Shown piece after piece: positions 53,316-62,863 of a DNA stretch of 64,000 nt. A model generated the notes under the pieces. It saw only the letters and a list, made by a program, of their open reading frames with translations. It had not been told where the DNA came from and made no database searches. The stretch lies in the NCBI GenBank assembly GCA_963744145.1, contig CAVUSO010000001.1:2144001-2208000 (forward strand), read 5' to 3'. Numbering within the stretch: the stretch's first letter is position 1; every line of letters begins with the position of its first letter. This DNA is from an uncultured cyanobacterium. Its GTDB lineage: Bacteria > Cyanobacteriota > Cyanobacteriia > Cyanobacteriales > CAWUOF01. Both the position numbers and the translations under genes were made by a program.

Positions 53316-53819
53316 TTAATTATTTGGCTGAAGATGCTGAGATGCTAAATTTTGTAATCCCTCACCCGTAACCCGACAAATGCGCCAGTCTGGTAAAATT
53401 GCTGCACCCAAATGTTGATAGAATTTGATGGCCGATTCATTCCAGTCTAAAACACTCCATTCCATCCTGCCACATCCTCGATCCATCGCTAATTTCGCTA
53501 CATAAGTAATTAAAGCTTTCCCAATCCCTTGACCACGATAGGTTGGTAACACAAATAAATCTTCTAGGTAAATTCCTGGTTGGGTGAGAAAGGTAGAATA
53601 ATTCGGAAAAAATAAAGCAAATCCGACTGATTCATCTGCCAATTCGGCGATAATTGCTTCAGCGTAAGGGCGATCGCTAAATAAGTGAGATTTTAAATTA
53701 TCGGCATTACCTGTAACTGCATGAGATAGTTTTTCATATTCTGCTAGTGCTTTAATTAGATTAAACAATCTAGGTATATCCGCAGGTGTTACGGTTCGCA
53801 CAATGAGATTAGATAACAT
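53316..53819 (-). CDS. GNAT N-acetyltransferase (polyamine acetyltransferase-like)
   Basis: LAEYEKL, YSTFL..PGIYLEDLFV...RGQGIG, EWSVLDWN. Confidence 0.92.
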   Translation of the reverse strand: MLSNLIVRTVTPADIPRLFNLIKALAEYEKLSHAVTGNADNLKSHLFSDRPYAEAIIAELADESVGFALFFPNYSTFLTQPGIYLEDLFVLPTYRGQGIGKALITYVAKLAMDRGCGRMEWSVLDWNESAIKFYQHLGAAILPDWRICRVTGEGLQNLASQHLQPNN

Positions 53820-53874
53820 GAATCCTCCACACTATAAAAAAGATTATTCTTAGTAATCTTACCAGAAAATTAAT

Positions 53875-54456
53875 TCAGTTTGCGGCTATACCTGATCGAA
53901 ATTCCCGTAGTGCTTGAGTATGGTTTTCTAATTTAATACAGTGCATCAAAAAAGTTACATCTAAATTCGGTAAAAGTTGAGATTTAGATAAAGTTTCATA
54001 TCCATGATTTTTGAGAGTATAAAACAATAGTTGATCATTTACCCAAAACCAAACTTCAGGAATATTCAGACGTTGATATGCTTCTAATTTATCAATTCCC
54101 CCACTGGTAACAATAACTTCTATTACTAAATCAGGATTGACTCTATTTTGTCCCAATTCGTAGGATTCATCAGTTTCACGCTTAACTTTTGCAGATTCAC
54201 TTTCTAGCATCATTGAACCAGTAGGTGTAAAATCTAAACCCAGAAATTCCAGGTAAATTTCTAATAAAGCAGCAATCCGTTTTTTGATAGTTTCATGTTT
54301 TTTACCTGGCACTTTGCGAATCTCTAATACTCCATTTAAAAAAGACAGTCTCACACCTGGACGATTAATAAGCTGCTCGACTGCTTTGAATTCTTGCCAG
54401 GTTAATTCGTCAATTAAAATTGGTTCCGGTTCTCGTTCAATGAGTGTAACTGTCAT
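53875..54456 (-). CDS. Uma2-family (DUF820) PD-(D/E)XK endonuclease
   Basis: ETDESY, PDLVIEV, Y..L.IPEVWFW. Confidence 0.9.
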   Translation of the reverse strand: MTVTLIEREPEPILIDELTWQEFKAVEQLINRPGVRLSFLNGVLEIRKVPGKKHETIKKRIAALLEIYLEFLGLDFTPTGSMMLESESAKVKRETDESYELGQNRVNPDLVIEVIVTSGGIDKLEAYQRLNIPEVWFWVNDQLLFYTLKNHGYETLSKSQLLPNLDVTFLMHCIKLENHTQALREFRSGIAAN

Positions 54457-54538
54457 TAGTCAATTACTTATACACTTAATTTTACATATTATCATATTAG
54501 GGGTACTATATTATTGGTAAACTATAAAAAATAACCAT

Positions 54539-54585
54539 TAGACATCTTGCTGAAATAACTAGGACAGACAAGATGTCTGTCCCAC
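54539..54585. repeat. GGACAGACA palindromic dispersed repeat
   Basis: TAGACATCTTGC...GGACAGACAAGATGTCTGTCCCAC. Confidence 0.8.
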
Positions 54586-54614
54586 TATGATGAAAGACAT
54601 GAGAAAATTGTTCT

Positions 54615-54947
54615 ATGGCAGTAATACAATATCGTAAAATCATTCAAGATTTAATTTTAGCAAGGGGACAAAGGCAATTGTCCTCAACAGAAATTGAGAC
54701 CCAAGCTATTTTAGATACTGAGCGCGATCACTATCTGATCTTGCATACAGGTTGGCGTGATAATTATCGGACTCATGGATGTAGTTTACATCTTGATATC
54801 AAAGATGGTAAGATCTGGATACAACATGACGGGACTGAGGTTGGTATTGCTAATTTACTGGTTGAACAAGGAGTGCCTAAAGAAGATATAGTATTAGCAT
54901 TTCACTCTCCTTATATGCGCCAATTTACTGAGTTTGCTACTGATTAA
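54615..54947 (+). CDS. xisI: XisI-family protein
   Basis: DTERDHY, HLDIKDGKIWIQHDGTE, GVPKEDIVLAFH. Confidence 0.93.
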   Translation: MAVIQYRKIIQDLILARGQRQLSSTEIETQAILDTERDHYLILHTGWRDNYRTHGCSLHLDIKDGKIWIQHDGTEVGIANLLVEQGVPKEDIVLAFHSPYMRQFTEFATD

Positions 54948-54984
54948 AATCACGATAATTTATTAATTATTATCCCCCAAATAT

Positions 54985-55680
54985 ATGTCTAAATCATTGA
55001 TTTCTCAATTTAAAACTCCTCAAAATTTACCACCTTTAGCAAATGGCGATCGCCTAAATCGTCAGGAATTTGAACGTCGTTATAAGGCAATGCCCGAAAT
55101 AAGAAAAGCTGAACTAATTGAAGGAATTGTTTACATGGCATCACCCTTACGTTTCAAACCCCATGCTGAACCACATGGTAATATTATCGGTTGGTTATGG
55201 ACATACAAAATCGCCACACCTCAAGTAGAAATGGGAATTGAGCCAACAGTACGTTTGGATAGTGATAATGAACCTCAACCAGATGGTGTATTATTAATTA
55301 GTGGCGGACACTCAACCTTGAGCGAAGATGGATACTTGGAAGGAGCGCCAGAATTAGTAGTAGAAATTGCTGCGAGTAGTGCCGCGATCGATCTAGGAAA
55401 TAAAAAACGTGCTTATCGACGAAATGGTATTCAAGAATACATCATTTGGCAGGTATTTGAACAGAAAATCGATTGGTTTAGCTTACAAGATGGTGATTAT
55501 ATTTCTTTGAACCCAAATGAACAGGGGATTATTTGCTCAGAGGTATTTCCGGGATTATGGTTAGATATTTCAGCTATATTGCAAGGAAATATGCAGCAAG
55601 TATTAGCAATTCTGCAACTTGGAATTAATTCGGAGGAGCATCAAGTTTTTGGGCAAAAATTAAGAAAAAAAAAGGTTTAA
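54985..55680 (+). CDS. Uma2-family endonuclease
   Basis: GDRL...EFERRY, AELIEG, EPQPD, PELVVEIA, YRRNGIQEY. Confidence 0.92.
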   Translation: MSKSLISQFKTPQNLPPLANGDRLNRQEFERRYKAMPEIRKAELIEGIVYMASPLRFKPHAEPHGNIIGWLWTYKIATPQVEMGIEPTVRLDSDNEPQPDGVLLISGGHSTLSEDGYLEGAPELVVEIAASSAAIDLGNKKRAYRRNGIQEYIIWQVFEQKIDWFSLQDGDYISLNPNEQGIICSEVFPGLWLDISAILQGNMQQVLAILQLGINSEEHQVFGQKLRKKKV

Positions 55681-55684
55681 AATG

Positions 55685-55821
55685 CAATCCAATTCAGTTA
55701 ATTGTAGGGGCGAAGCATTCGGGCGATAATTTATCACTTAAATCCGTTAATACTATATCCGAATGCTTCGCCCAGTTCTTCGCCGAGATTCTCCCAAAAT
55801 CTCTTTAACTGAACCATATTG
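55685..55821. repeat. Complete TIR-bounded REP-like element, copy A
   Basis: CAATCCAATTCAGTTAA ... GTAGGGGCGAAGCATTCGG/CCGAATGCTTCGCCC ... TTAACTGAACCATATTG. Confidence 0.88.
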
Positions 55822-55833
55822 AATTATATAACA

Positions 55834-55967
55834 CAATCCTGTTCAGTTAAGAATATTTTTGAAGATCTCAGCAGCAGAAGGGTGAAGCATTCGGGTATAA
55901 TATTGCTGGTTTAATCGCTCAATTGTCGCCCGAATGCTTCACCCCTACACTTAACTGAACCATATTG
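55834..55967. repeat. Complete TIR-bounded REP-like element, copy B (inverted relative to A)
   Basis: CAATCCTGTTCAGTTAA ... GGGTGAAGCATTCGGG/CCCGAATGCTTCACCCCTAC ... TTAACTGAACCATATTG. Confidence 0.88.
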
Positions 55968-56018
55968 AATTATATAACAATGATTAACCCTCAACAAATA
56001 ATTAGGGAGAATTAAACA

Positions 56019-56621
56019 ATGATTTCACTTTTAGATAAACCCTTTAGTGCGTTAACAGAAGAAAAACTGGTAGTTTTACCAAACATCTCCTGGGCACAAT
56101 TCAAAGCTATAGAAGCACAGTTAGAAAACAACACTGGTGTCAAACTTTCCTATTTATCAGGAGTAATGGAAATTATGGCTCCGATTAGCGATCGGCACGA
56201 ATTTGTAAAAACAACTCTTAGCTATTTATTAGAAGCTTATATGAGAGAAAAAGGTATCCGATTTTATGGTCGTGGTGGATTTACACTAGAAGAAGAAGGG
56301 AAAGCTTCCGGTACTCCCGACGAGTCTTATTGTATTAATAGCAATAAAGAAACTCCTGATATTGTCATTGAAATTATCATTACCAGTGGGTCAATAAATA
56401 AATGGGATTTATACAAACCTAAAAGAGTCCCTGAAGTCTGGTTTTGGAAATCTAACCAAATAAGAATATTTCGTTTTAATGAAGAATCTAGTGAATACAA
56501 CGAAGTTTCCCGTAGTGCTTTTTTTCCCGATCTAGATTTAGATTTATTACTACAATACCTTGCATATCCTGATCAATATGATGCTATCAATGAATTTATT
56601 CGGGCTACTCGCAAAGAATAA
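56019..56621 (+). CDS. Uma2-family endonuclease
   Basis: ISWAQF, LSYLSG.MEIM, PDESY, PDIVIEI, VPEVWFW. Confidence 0.9.
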   Translation: MISLLDKPFSALTEEKLVVLPNISWAQFKAIEAQLENNTGVKLSYLSGVMEIMAPISDRHEFVKTTLSYLLEAYMREKGIRFYGRGGFTLEEEGKASGTPDESYCINSNKETPDIVIEIIITSGSINKWDLYKPKRVPEVWFWKSNQIRIFRFNEESSEYNEVSRSAFFPDLDLDLLLQYLAYPDQYDAINEFIRATRKE

Positions 56622-56667
56622 AAATACACAGCAATCCTGGTCAAATTTAGGATAAATTGCGACTGGA

Positions 56668-57495
56668 TTAATTTTGGCAATAACTTTTCACATGCTCTCG
56701 AAAAACCGGAGATAAATTAAATAAAATTTTCTCTCCTTCTATTGGTTTGAGCAAATAGCGTTTTCTCAAAGATTGTAACCCATTAATCAATTCCACCGAT
56801 GAGCAGGATAATGATTGGGTTAAATTTTCCCTTGATCTTGGTTGATCAGATTTACTCAATTCTACCACAATCTGTTGTTCTATAGGAGATAATCGATCGA
56901 ATAATTCATTGAACCGAAATTTAATATCTTCAGTTAAGAGCAAATTATCCTCCGTTAAAAATTCAGCCACCTTACCCAGAAAAATATTCCTAATTAAAAT
57001 AGCAATATCTTTTAAATAAACTGGATTACCTTCATATAAATCAATCAGTTTTGACCAGGTTGCTTCATCTTTTAATCCCAAGTTATTCAAAATTTCTGGA
57101 TGATCTAAACCTGCTAACTCCAAAGACTTAACGGGATATAATTCCTCATCTAAGCAAAGCATTTCTTGACATTGTTCTTGACTAATTAAAATCAAACTAC
57201 TTTGATGTTCAATTTCGGTTATTTTTGTAAAAAAACTCTTATAGTCTTTAGATTCAGGTTGGTATTGTCCGGCAAATTGTCCAATGGTAAATAGTTCTTG
57301 CACATCATCAAGGATAATTAAACATCTTTGCTGACGGAAAAGATTAAACAATTGGGTTAATTTATGATCAGATTGAATAGGATCGGGATTAATAGCTGTT
57401 AAAATTTCACTAATAATGGTATCTAAAGAATGGGATAGTTTGATGCTTTTCCAGATGACTACATCAAATTGTTGTAGATTTAGGTCAACAAACGA
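56668..57495 (-). pseudogene. 5'-truncated NB-ARC/STAND-like ATPase with winged-helix C-terminus
   Basis: FDVVIWKS, CLIILDDV (Walker B), LILIS and YEGNP are present; Walker A and the N-terminus are missing, replaced by antisense sequence of the neighbouring gene. Confidence 0.75.
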
Positions 57496-58006
57496 GTATC
57501 CAACCGATCCTGTAGAAGATTTGGTATTCAAAACTAAGCAAATGATTGCTGTTCCTGAAAGGTTAGCAATGACTACAGGTGCATCAGCAGTTCTTGGTAC
57601 TTTTGGTGCTGTTATTGGCGGAATTATAGGTGCTGCAATCACAGGGTTTTTGAGTGGTGGTTTAGCTATAATTCCAGGTGCAATTGAGGGAGCAAAAATA
57701 TTTGGTGCAGTAGGAGGAGCTTTAGGAAGTTTTGCTGTATTTTCTGATAGCGATGATCAATTAAATATAACCATGACACCAGCACAAATTGAGGATAATG
57801 TTAAAAAATTATTAGCTATCGTCTGGGGACTTGAGCATAATGGTTTTGGTCGTGGTAAAGATTTGTCTGAAGAGGAAGCTAAGAATATGAAAAGTCAGAT
57901 TGAAGAATTAAGCGCTAAACAAAAGATTGATGATTGGACTAAGGTAAATCGAAGAATAATTATCAAGTATTGTCAGGATATTCTCACTGAATTGGAAAAT
58001 TATTAA
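57495..58006 (+). pseudogene. Probable 3' fragment of a glycine-zipper membrane protein
   Basis: GAVIGGIIGAAITGFLSGG...GAVGGALG; the ORF's nominal 5' part is antisense ATPase sequence. Confidence 0.55.
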
Positions 58007-58085
58007 TCGCTATAAAGTTCAATTAAAATAGAATTAATTTACTTAAGAAATAGAAATTAAATAATTAGCTTGCTTGCCGTGAGCA

Positions 58086-58145
58086 CCCTTCGACTACGCC
58101 CCCTTCGATTTCGCTCAGATAAACTCAGGGCAAGCCTCAGTGACC
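58086..58145. repeat. Nested CCTTCGACTnCGCTCAGG short dispersed repeats
   Basis: CCCTTCGACTACGCCCCCTTCGA...TAAACTCAGGGCAAG, also present at about 61848-61898. Confidence 0.8.
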
Positions 58146-58232
58146 AAGATCAGTATCAATCTGACCTAGCTTAACTAAACCGGATTGAACTATCAGGTCG
58201 ATCGACTCAATCGATTTGATTCATAAATGACC

Positions 58233-58306
58233 GAGGGCAAAGCATTTCGGTCCTAGTTCTCTCCTGTTTAGTCCATCTTTGATCTGCCGAAATGCTTTGC
58301 CCCTAC
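58233..58306. repeat. REP-like hairpin (GGGCAAAGCATTTCGG variant)
   Basis: GGGCAAAGCATTTCGG...CCGAAATGCTTTGCCCCTAC; inverted sister copy at 61685-61757. Confidence 0.85.
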
Positions 58307-58396
58307 AAATCCGGATAAAATTCTGTTTAGTCTAATCTGGTTCAGTTAAGCATAGGGACGTTCCCATAGCGTGCCGTAGGCGATCGCCTAATATCC

Positions 58397-58429
58397 AGAT
58401 TAGCATAATTGCACAGTGATCAATATGGT
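58397..58429 (+). repeat. 33-bp direct repeat, left copy
   Basis: AGATTAGCATAATTGCACAGTGATCAATATGGT; 32/33 identical to 61897-61929. Confidence 0.9.
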
Positions 58430-58599
58430 ATAGTCATTCAGTGGCTAGCGAATTACGAATTGCTTGGACATCTTTTTCTAAATCTTCTTCTGGATAAATA
58501 AACATCGGATATTTTAAAGACAGATAATAGTCTAAAGATTTATGTTATAGTGGCGAATTAGTTTTCATATAACCTAGTATATTTGATCGATTGCAATGC

Positions 58600-58983
58600 T
58601 TACCATTCAATATCTATAGTGTAATTAGAAAACACAGGATCTCGGCTAACTAAAATAGCATTTTCGGACTTCCCTTGTGCAATTAATAATCGATCAAAAG
58701 GATCTTTATGGTATAAGGGTAGTTGATCTAAGGCTAGAATATGATTCACTTGAACAGTGATAAACTCTATCCCATTTTTTCGCTGATTGTTAATAATCTT
58801 TGCTAAAGGCTGATTTAACGTTAATTTCCCCAACTGGGTTTTAATTTGTATTTCCCATAGAGTTACAACACTTACTAAACGAATATTTTCTTGATTTAAC
58901 AATAACTCAAGTGCTTTTTTTGACAGCTTGGATGGGTCGCTATCCCACCAAATAAAAGTATGAGTATCTAAGAGTAATTTCAT
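58600..58983 (-). CDS. vapC: PIN-domain (VapC-type) toxin
   Basis: MKLLLDTH, S.VTLWEI, HKDPFDRLLIAQ, LVSRD. Confidence 0.93.
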   Translation of the reverse strand: MKLLLDTHTFIWWDSDPSKLSKKALELLLNQENIRLVSVVTLWEIQIKTQLGKLTLNQPLAKIINNQRKNGIEFITVQVNHILALDQLPLYHKDPFDRLLIAQGKSENAILVSRDPVFSNYTIDIEW

Positions 58984-59216
58984 CACGACCAAAATTCATC
59001 TGGTAAAGGTTCATCAAAATCGTCACTCATTACCATTGCACCTAAGTTTAATCCAGCTTTAGGCACAATTTTCTCCTGAAGATGATTGATAGAAATCACT
59101 TTTGCCAAAGGAATATCTCCATCAGTCAAAACTATTTCTGTATGATCTTGTACTAAGGATAGCAAATCTATTACACTGATAGAAATTTGCTGAATATCAA
59201 GCGTTTTTTTTAACAT
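58983..59216 (-). CDS. Cognate antitoxin (Phd-like N-terminus, DUF2281-like SDDFDEPLP tail)
   Basis: TGATG overlap with the toxin start; EIVLT...PLAKV; MSDDFDEPLPDEFW. Confidence 0.85.
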   Translation of the reverse strand: MLKKTLDIQQISISVIDLLSLVQDHTEIVLTDGDIPLAKVISINHLQEKIVPKAGLNLGAMVMSDDFDEPLPDEFWS

Positions 59217-59546
59217 TTTTACTCCTCGAAATTATTTATTTCTATGTTAGGTTACTTTAGTCTGGTCTCGGTAATATCACCATTATAACATAAACTTGTG
59301 GGGCGTGATCGTACTCATAACAAAAACGACGTAACCCCAATTCAAAATCAGATAATTCTCCGAGAGTATCGTTAGGTGCTAAGGAATATTTTTCTAAATT
59401 GCGATCGCCAATCTTAAAACTAAAATTATTTCTTCTTGTCATCTGCTCTTACCTCGTTTTTTTAATATTTGTGGCGATCGCACCCAAATCCCAGATCACC
59501 CCGATTATGCTAGAATTTTCATATTAATGTTTTCACAAATAAGAAA

Positions 59547-60941
59547 ATGCTAACTTACATCAAAATCAATGGTTTTAAATCATTTCATAATTTTGAGATG
59601 GAATTTACACCTTTAACTATCATTGCTGGAGTAAACGCATCGGGAAAAAGCAATTTATTTGATGCTTTACAACTTTTGGTAAATTTGGCAGAAACAGACT
59701 TGAAAACAGCTTTTCGCCAACAGCGCGGCGATCCAAAAGAACTTTTTACTCAATTTGGAGAAAATCAATATGTTTCAGAAATGGAATTTATTGTCGAAAT
59801 GTTAGTTAATCGTACAGTACAAGATAATTGGGGTAAGAAAGCCACTCTTAAGTATACACGCTTACGATATAAATTAGAAATTAGAAGAGTGATCAATAAA
59901 AGAAATGTTGAGGAATTGCTAATAGTCAATGAAAATTTGGACACTTTAAGGAATACTAAGGATGATTGGTTAAAACAGTATATTCCTAAAGATTTTATAG
60001 AAACCTGGCGACCAAAAATAAGACCAGGAAGCCAAGGCAAATTTTACATTAAATCCGATGATGCTAAAATTGTAGTTACCAAAGATGGAGAAGCTAGAGA
60101 AGACAAAGAATTCTCTGCAAAAAAAGTATTGCAAACTGCTTTAAGTAATATCAATTCGGTGGACTATCCCCATGTTTTTGCAGTCAAGGAAGAAATGCTG
60201 AGTTGGAAATTCTTACAACTAAATCCGGAAGAGTTGCGTCAACCTACGCGCAAAGATATTGCTGTACAAGATAAAATTACATCAAGTGGAAAAAATTTAG
60301 CTGCTGCGTTGTATCGGATTAAACAAGATGATGAATATAACTTGATAGAAATATCTCGTACCCTAAATAATATCTTGCCTAACATAACAGAAGTTAATGT
60401 TTATGATGACGAAGCTAACCAACAATATATGATTAAAATTAAAGGAGATGATGGCAGAGAATTTTCATCGAGAGTGCTTTCAGAAGGTACGCTAAGGTTA
60501 TTAGCATTGTGTATTCTTTTATATGACAGTAAACATACAGGTTTGCTATGTTTTGAAGAACCTGAAAATGGGGTACATCCTTTTCGGATTAAAGATATAG
60601 CAAAGTTGTTGAAGAATTTAACGGTAGATTTTGCCAATTCTGAAATGCCTTTGCGCCAAGTGATTGTAAATACCCATTCATCTGTATTGATTGGCGAATT
60701 AATTCAATGGCAAAATGATAAAAATGTTAGTATTTGGTTAGCACAAATGAATAGTTTAATCACTGAGATCGAGGGAAAAAGAACTAAGTTAAGAATTACC
60801 AAAATTCTTCCTGTTGCTAAAGAAAAAGAACCAAAAGACACTTTATCATTTAGTGAACAGGAACGCAAGCTGACCTTAAAAAAAGTTATCGAATATTTAG
60901 AAACTGCTGATCCTAAAAACGCGATCGAGGCTATTCAATGA
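59547..60941 (+). CDS. ABC-type (AAA_21-like) ATPase of putative defence/TA type
   Basis: IKINGFKSF, Walker A GVNASGKS, signature LSEGT, Walker B/D-loop FEEPENGVHP, H-loop NTHS. Confidence 0.9.
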   Translation: MLTYIKINGFKSFHNFEMEFTPLTIIAGVNASGKSNLFDALQLLVNLAETDLKTAFRQQRGDPKELFTQFGENQYVSEMEFIVEMLVNRTVQDNWGKKATLKYTRLRYKLEIRRVINKRNVEELLIVNENLDTLRNTKDDWLKQYIPKDFIETWRPKIRPGSQGKFYIKSDDAKIVVTKDGEAREDKEFSAKKVLQTALSNINSVDYPHVFAVKEEMLSWKFLQLNPEELRQPTRKDIAVQDKITSSGKNLAAALYRIKQDDEYNLIEISRTLNNILPNITEVNVYDDEANQQYMIKIKGDDGREFSSRVLSEGTLRLLALCILLYDSKHTGLLCFEEPENGVHPFRIKDIAKLLKNLTVDFANSEMPLRQVIVNTHSSVLIGELIQWQNDKNVSIWLAQMNSLITEIEGKRTKLRITKILPVAKEKEPKDTLSFSEQERKLTLKKVIEYLETADPKNAIEAIQ

Positions 60942-61600
60942 CTCACCAGATAATTATTGCATTTGCTACCGAAGGATCTACAGATAAACGCTTTTTGGAA
61001 AGTGTGATTAAACGTACATTTGAAGACGTTGCTATCGACTGTCTGCAAGAGCTAGAAATTTTTGACCCTATTCATATTGAAAAAGTCATAGGAAGGATTG
61101 AAGAAAAAGCTTTAGATTATGCTCTTCAAGCGTTAGACAATGGAGCAAGCATATTATGTATTCATGTTGATGCAGATGATCGCACAGATGAAAAAGCATT
61201 TAATGAACGCATTGATCCCGCTTTTGAGAAGATTAGAAACACGGAAACAGAACTTTGTAAAAATTTAGTGGCTATTGTTCCAGTCCAAATGACTGAAGCA
61301 TGGATGTTAGCAGATAAAGAATTACTAAAACGCCAATTAGGTACAAATAAAAATGATGAGGAGTTAGGAATTAATAAAAACCCTGAAGATTTTTCCGATC
61401 CTAAAGAAATTATCGAATCAGCAATTCGAGAAGCTAAAAATCAGAGAACTAAACGTCAACGTTGCGAATTGACTATTGGTGAATTGTATCAGCCGATCGG
61501 AGAAAAAATACAATTAAACAAACTGGATATTTTACCTTCTTATCAAAAGTTTAAAGAAGCTGTAAGAAATTCTTTTAAAAAATTGGGTTATTTGCACTGA
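60938..61600 (+). CDS. DUF4276-like TOPRIM-fold protein
   Basis: ATEGSTD, HVDAD and EAWMLAD motifs; ATGA overlap with the ATPase gene. Confidence 0.75.
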   Translation: MTHQIIIAFATEGSTDKRFLESVIKRTFEDVAIDCLQELEIFDPIHIEKVIGRIEEKALDYALQALDNGASILCIHVDADDRTDEKAFNERIDPAFEKIRNTETELCKNLVAIVPVQMTEAWMLADKELLKRQLGTNKNDEELGINKNPEDFSDPKEIIESAIREAKNQRTKRQRCELTIGELYQPIGEKIQLNKLDILPSYQKFKEAVRNSFKKLGYLH

Positions 61601-61661
61601 TTAATATTGATCTATCGGTGGGCGCACCATCCTATAAGAATATCGTGTTTTTTTAGATTAT

Positions 61662-61757
61662 ATAGCAATACGGTTCAGTTAGCTGTAGGGGCAAAGCATT
61701 TCGGCGCGTAAATGATGGCCTAAACGCCGAATAATATGACCGAAATGCTTTGCCCTC
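61662..61757. repeat. REP-like hairpin with left TIR
   Basis: ATAGCAATACGGTTCAGTTA followed by GTAGGGGCAAAGCATTTCGG...CCGAAATGCTTTGCCCTC. Confidence 0.85.
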
Positions 61758-61896
61758 ACCATTTATGAAGCTAACAGATCAACCATATATATTAAAATTA
61801 AATTAAAACCAAAATGTTACTTTGGCGACTTACGTTTACTTCGACGCCCCTTCGACTACGCCCCCTTCGACTACGCGAGCGGGTAAACTCAGGGCA

Positions 61897-61929
61897 AGAT
61901 TAGCATAATTACACAGTGATCAATATGGT
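61897..61929 (+). repeat. 33-bp direct repeat, right copy
   Basis: AGATTAGCATAATTACACAGTGATCAATATGGT. Confidence 0.9.
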
Positions 61930-61938
61930 GAGCAAATT

Positions 61939-62044
61939 CTAGGACTTACCCAAAGAAACTAGGTCTCTGGTCAAAATCTTGGTTGGTGACTTAGATATTT
62001 ACTGGAGCAACCTAGTTTCTAATCTGGGATGGTATAAGTCCTAG
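61939..62044. repeat. MITE-like element
   Basis: Outer CTAGGACTTA/TAAGTCCTAG and inner AGAAACTAGGT/ACCTAGTTTCT inverted repeats. Confidence 0.8.
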
Positions 62045-62059
62045 CGCAAATAGCCAAAT

Positions 62060-62863
62060 TTAAGTTTCGGAAGTCGATGAGCGGTTCAATAAAGGGATCA
62101 GGTAGGCAATTAAAGCACCCATAATAAAACCGGTACAATTCCGAAATAGGGGTAACCATTCAGTAGTCCGGGTAACGACTGGACCAATACCAAAAGCGAC
62201 AAACAAGATACCCCAAAGAGGAGAGAAAATTAAAGCCCATTGCCAAGCAAAGATTTTGTCTGGTTGTCTCGGTTGAGCAGCAAAACCAAAAATAATCCCA
62301 CCGATGATCGAGGTGACCAGAGTTAAAATCCACTGTTCTGGTGGTAAACCAGGAACAATGCTACAGCCACCTTGACGCAAACAAGTTTTAATTGCTGCTA
62401 AGGATTGGAGGATAGCTTGGTCTTCACCATTTTCTCGGACAAAATAAAGATTGCCGTAGCGTGTTTGTAATTCTACCCAGAAAGTGCGGGTAAGTAGATT
62501 ATATACGTCATCACCGACATTAAAGTTGAGTAAGTTGCCACCACGGCGATCGGCAACCAGCAAGATGCTTTTTTTATTTAGTCCCCAAAAATCCCTTAAC
62601 GCGATTCCCGGTGTCCGGTCAAATTGAGTTAACACTCTAATCTTCCAACCAGTTTCCGCTTCAAAGTTTTGTAAATCTTGGTTTAAGGTTTCTTCTTGCT
62701 GACTGGTCAGAGATTTAGATAAATCGATGATCGGTGTCTGAGTTTGGGGAAGTAAATCCGGATTATTGTATGCTTGGGCACTTGGCCCGATCGCCCAAAC
62801 TGATGCAGCCAGAATTAATGCGGCTACGGAGATGAGAAATTTTTGAAAAAAACGATGCTGCAT
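62060..62863 (-). CDS. TPM-domain membrane (probably thylakoid lumen-facing) protein
   Basis: Signal peptide ending AQA; FEAETGWKIRVLTQ; FWVELQTRYGN; C-terminal TM helices. Confidence 0.85.
   Translation of the reverse strand: MQHRFFQKFLISVAALILAASVWAIGPSAQAYNNPDLLPQTQTPIIDLSKSLTSQQEETLNQDLQNFEAETGWKIRVLTQFDRTPGIALRDFWGLNKKSILLVADRRGGNLLNFNVGDDVYNLLTRTFWVELQTRYGNLYFVRENGEDQAILQSLAAIKTCLRQGGCSIVPGLPPEQWILTLVTSIIGGIIFGFAAQPRQPDKIFAWQWALIFSPLWGILFVAFGIGPVVTRTTEWLPLFRNCTGFIMGALIAYLIPLLNRSSTSET

Noticed and set aside
55685..55980. Repeat-spacer look suggesting a CRISPR array
   Set aside because: Only two units, inverted and with related loops; no regular direct repeats and no cas genes
58434..58503. 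Short minus-strand frame MFIYPEEDLEKDVQAIRNSLATE, and the 61-aa ORF at 59257-59442
   Set aside because: Possibly gene remnants, but too short to assign without searches
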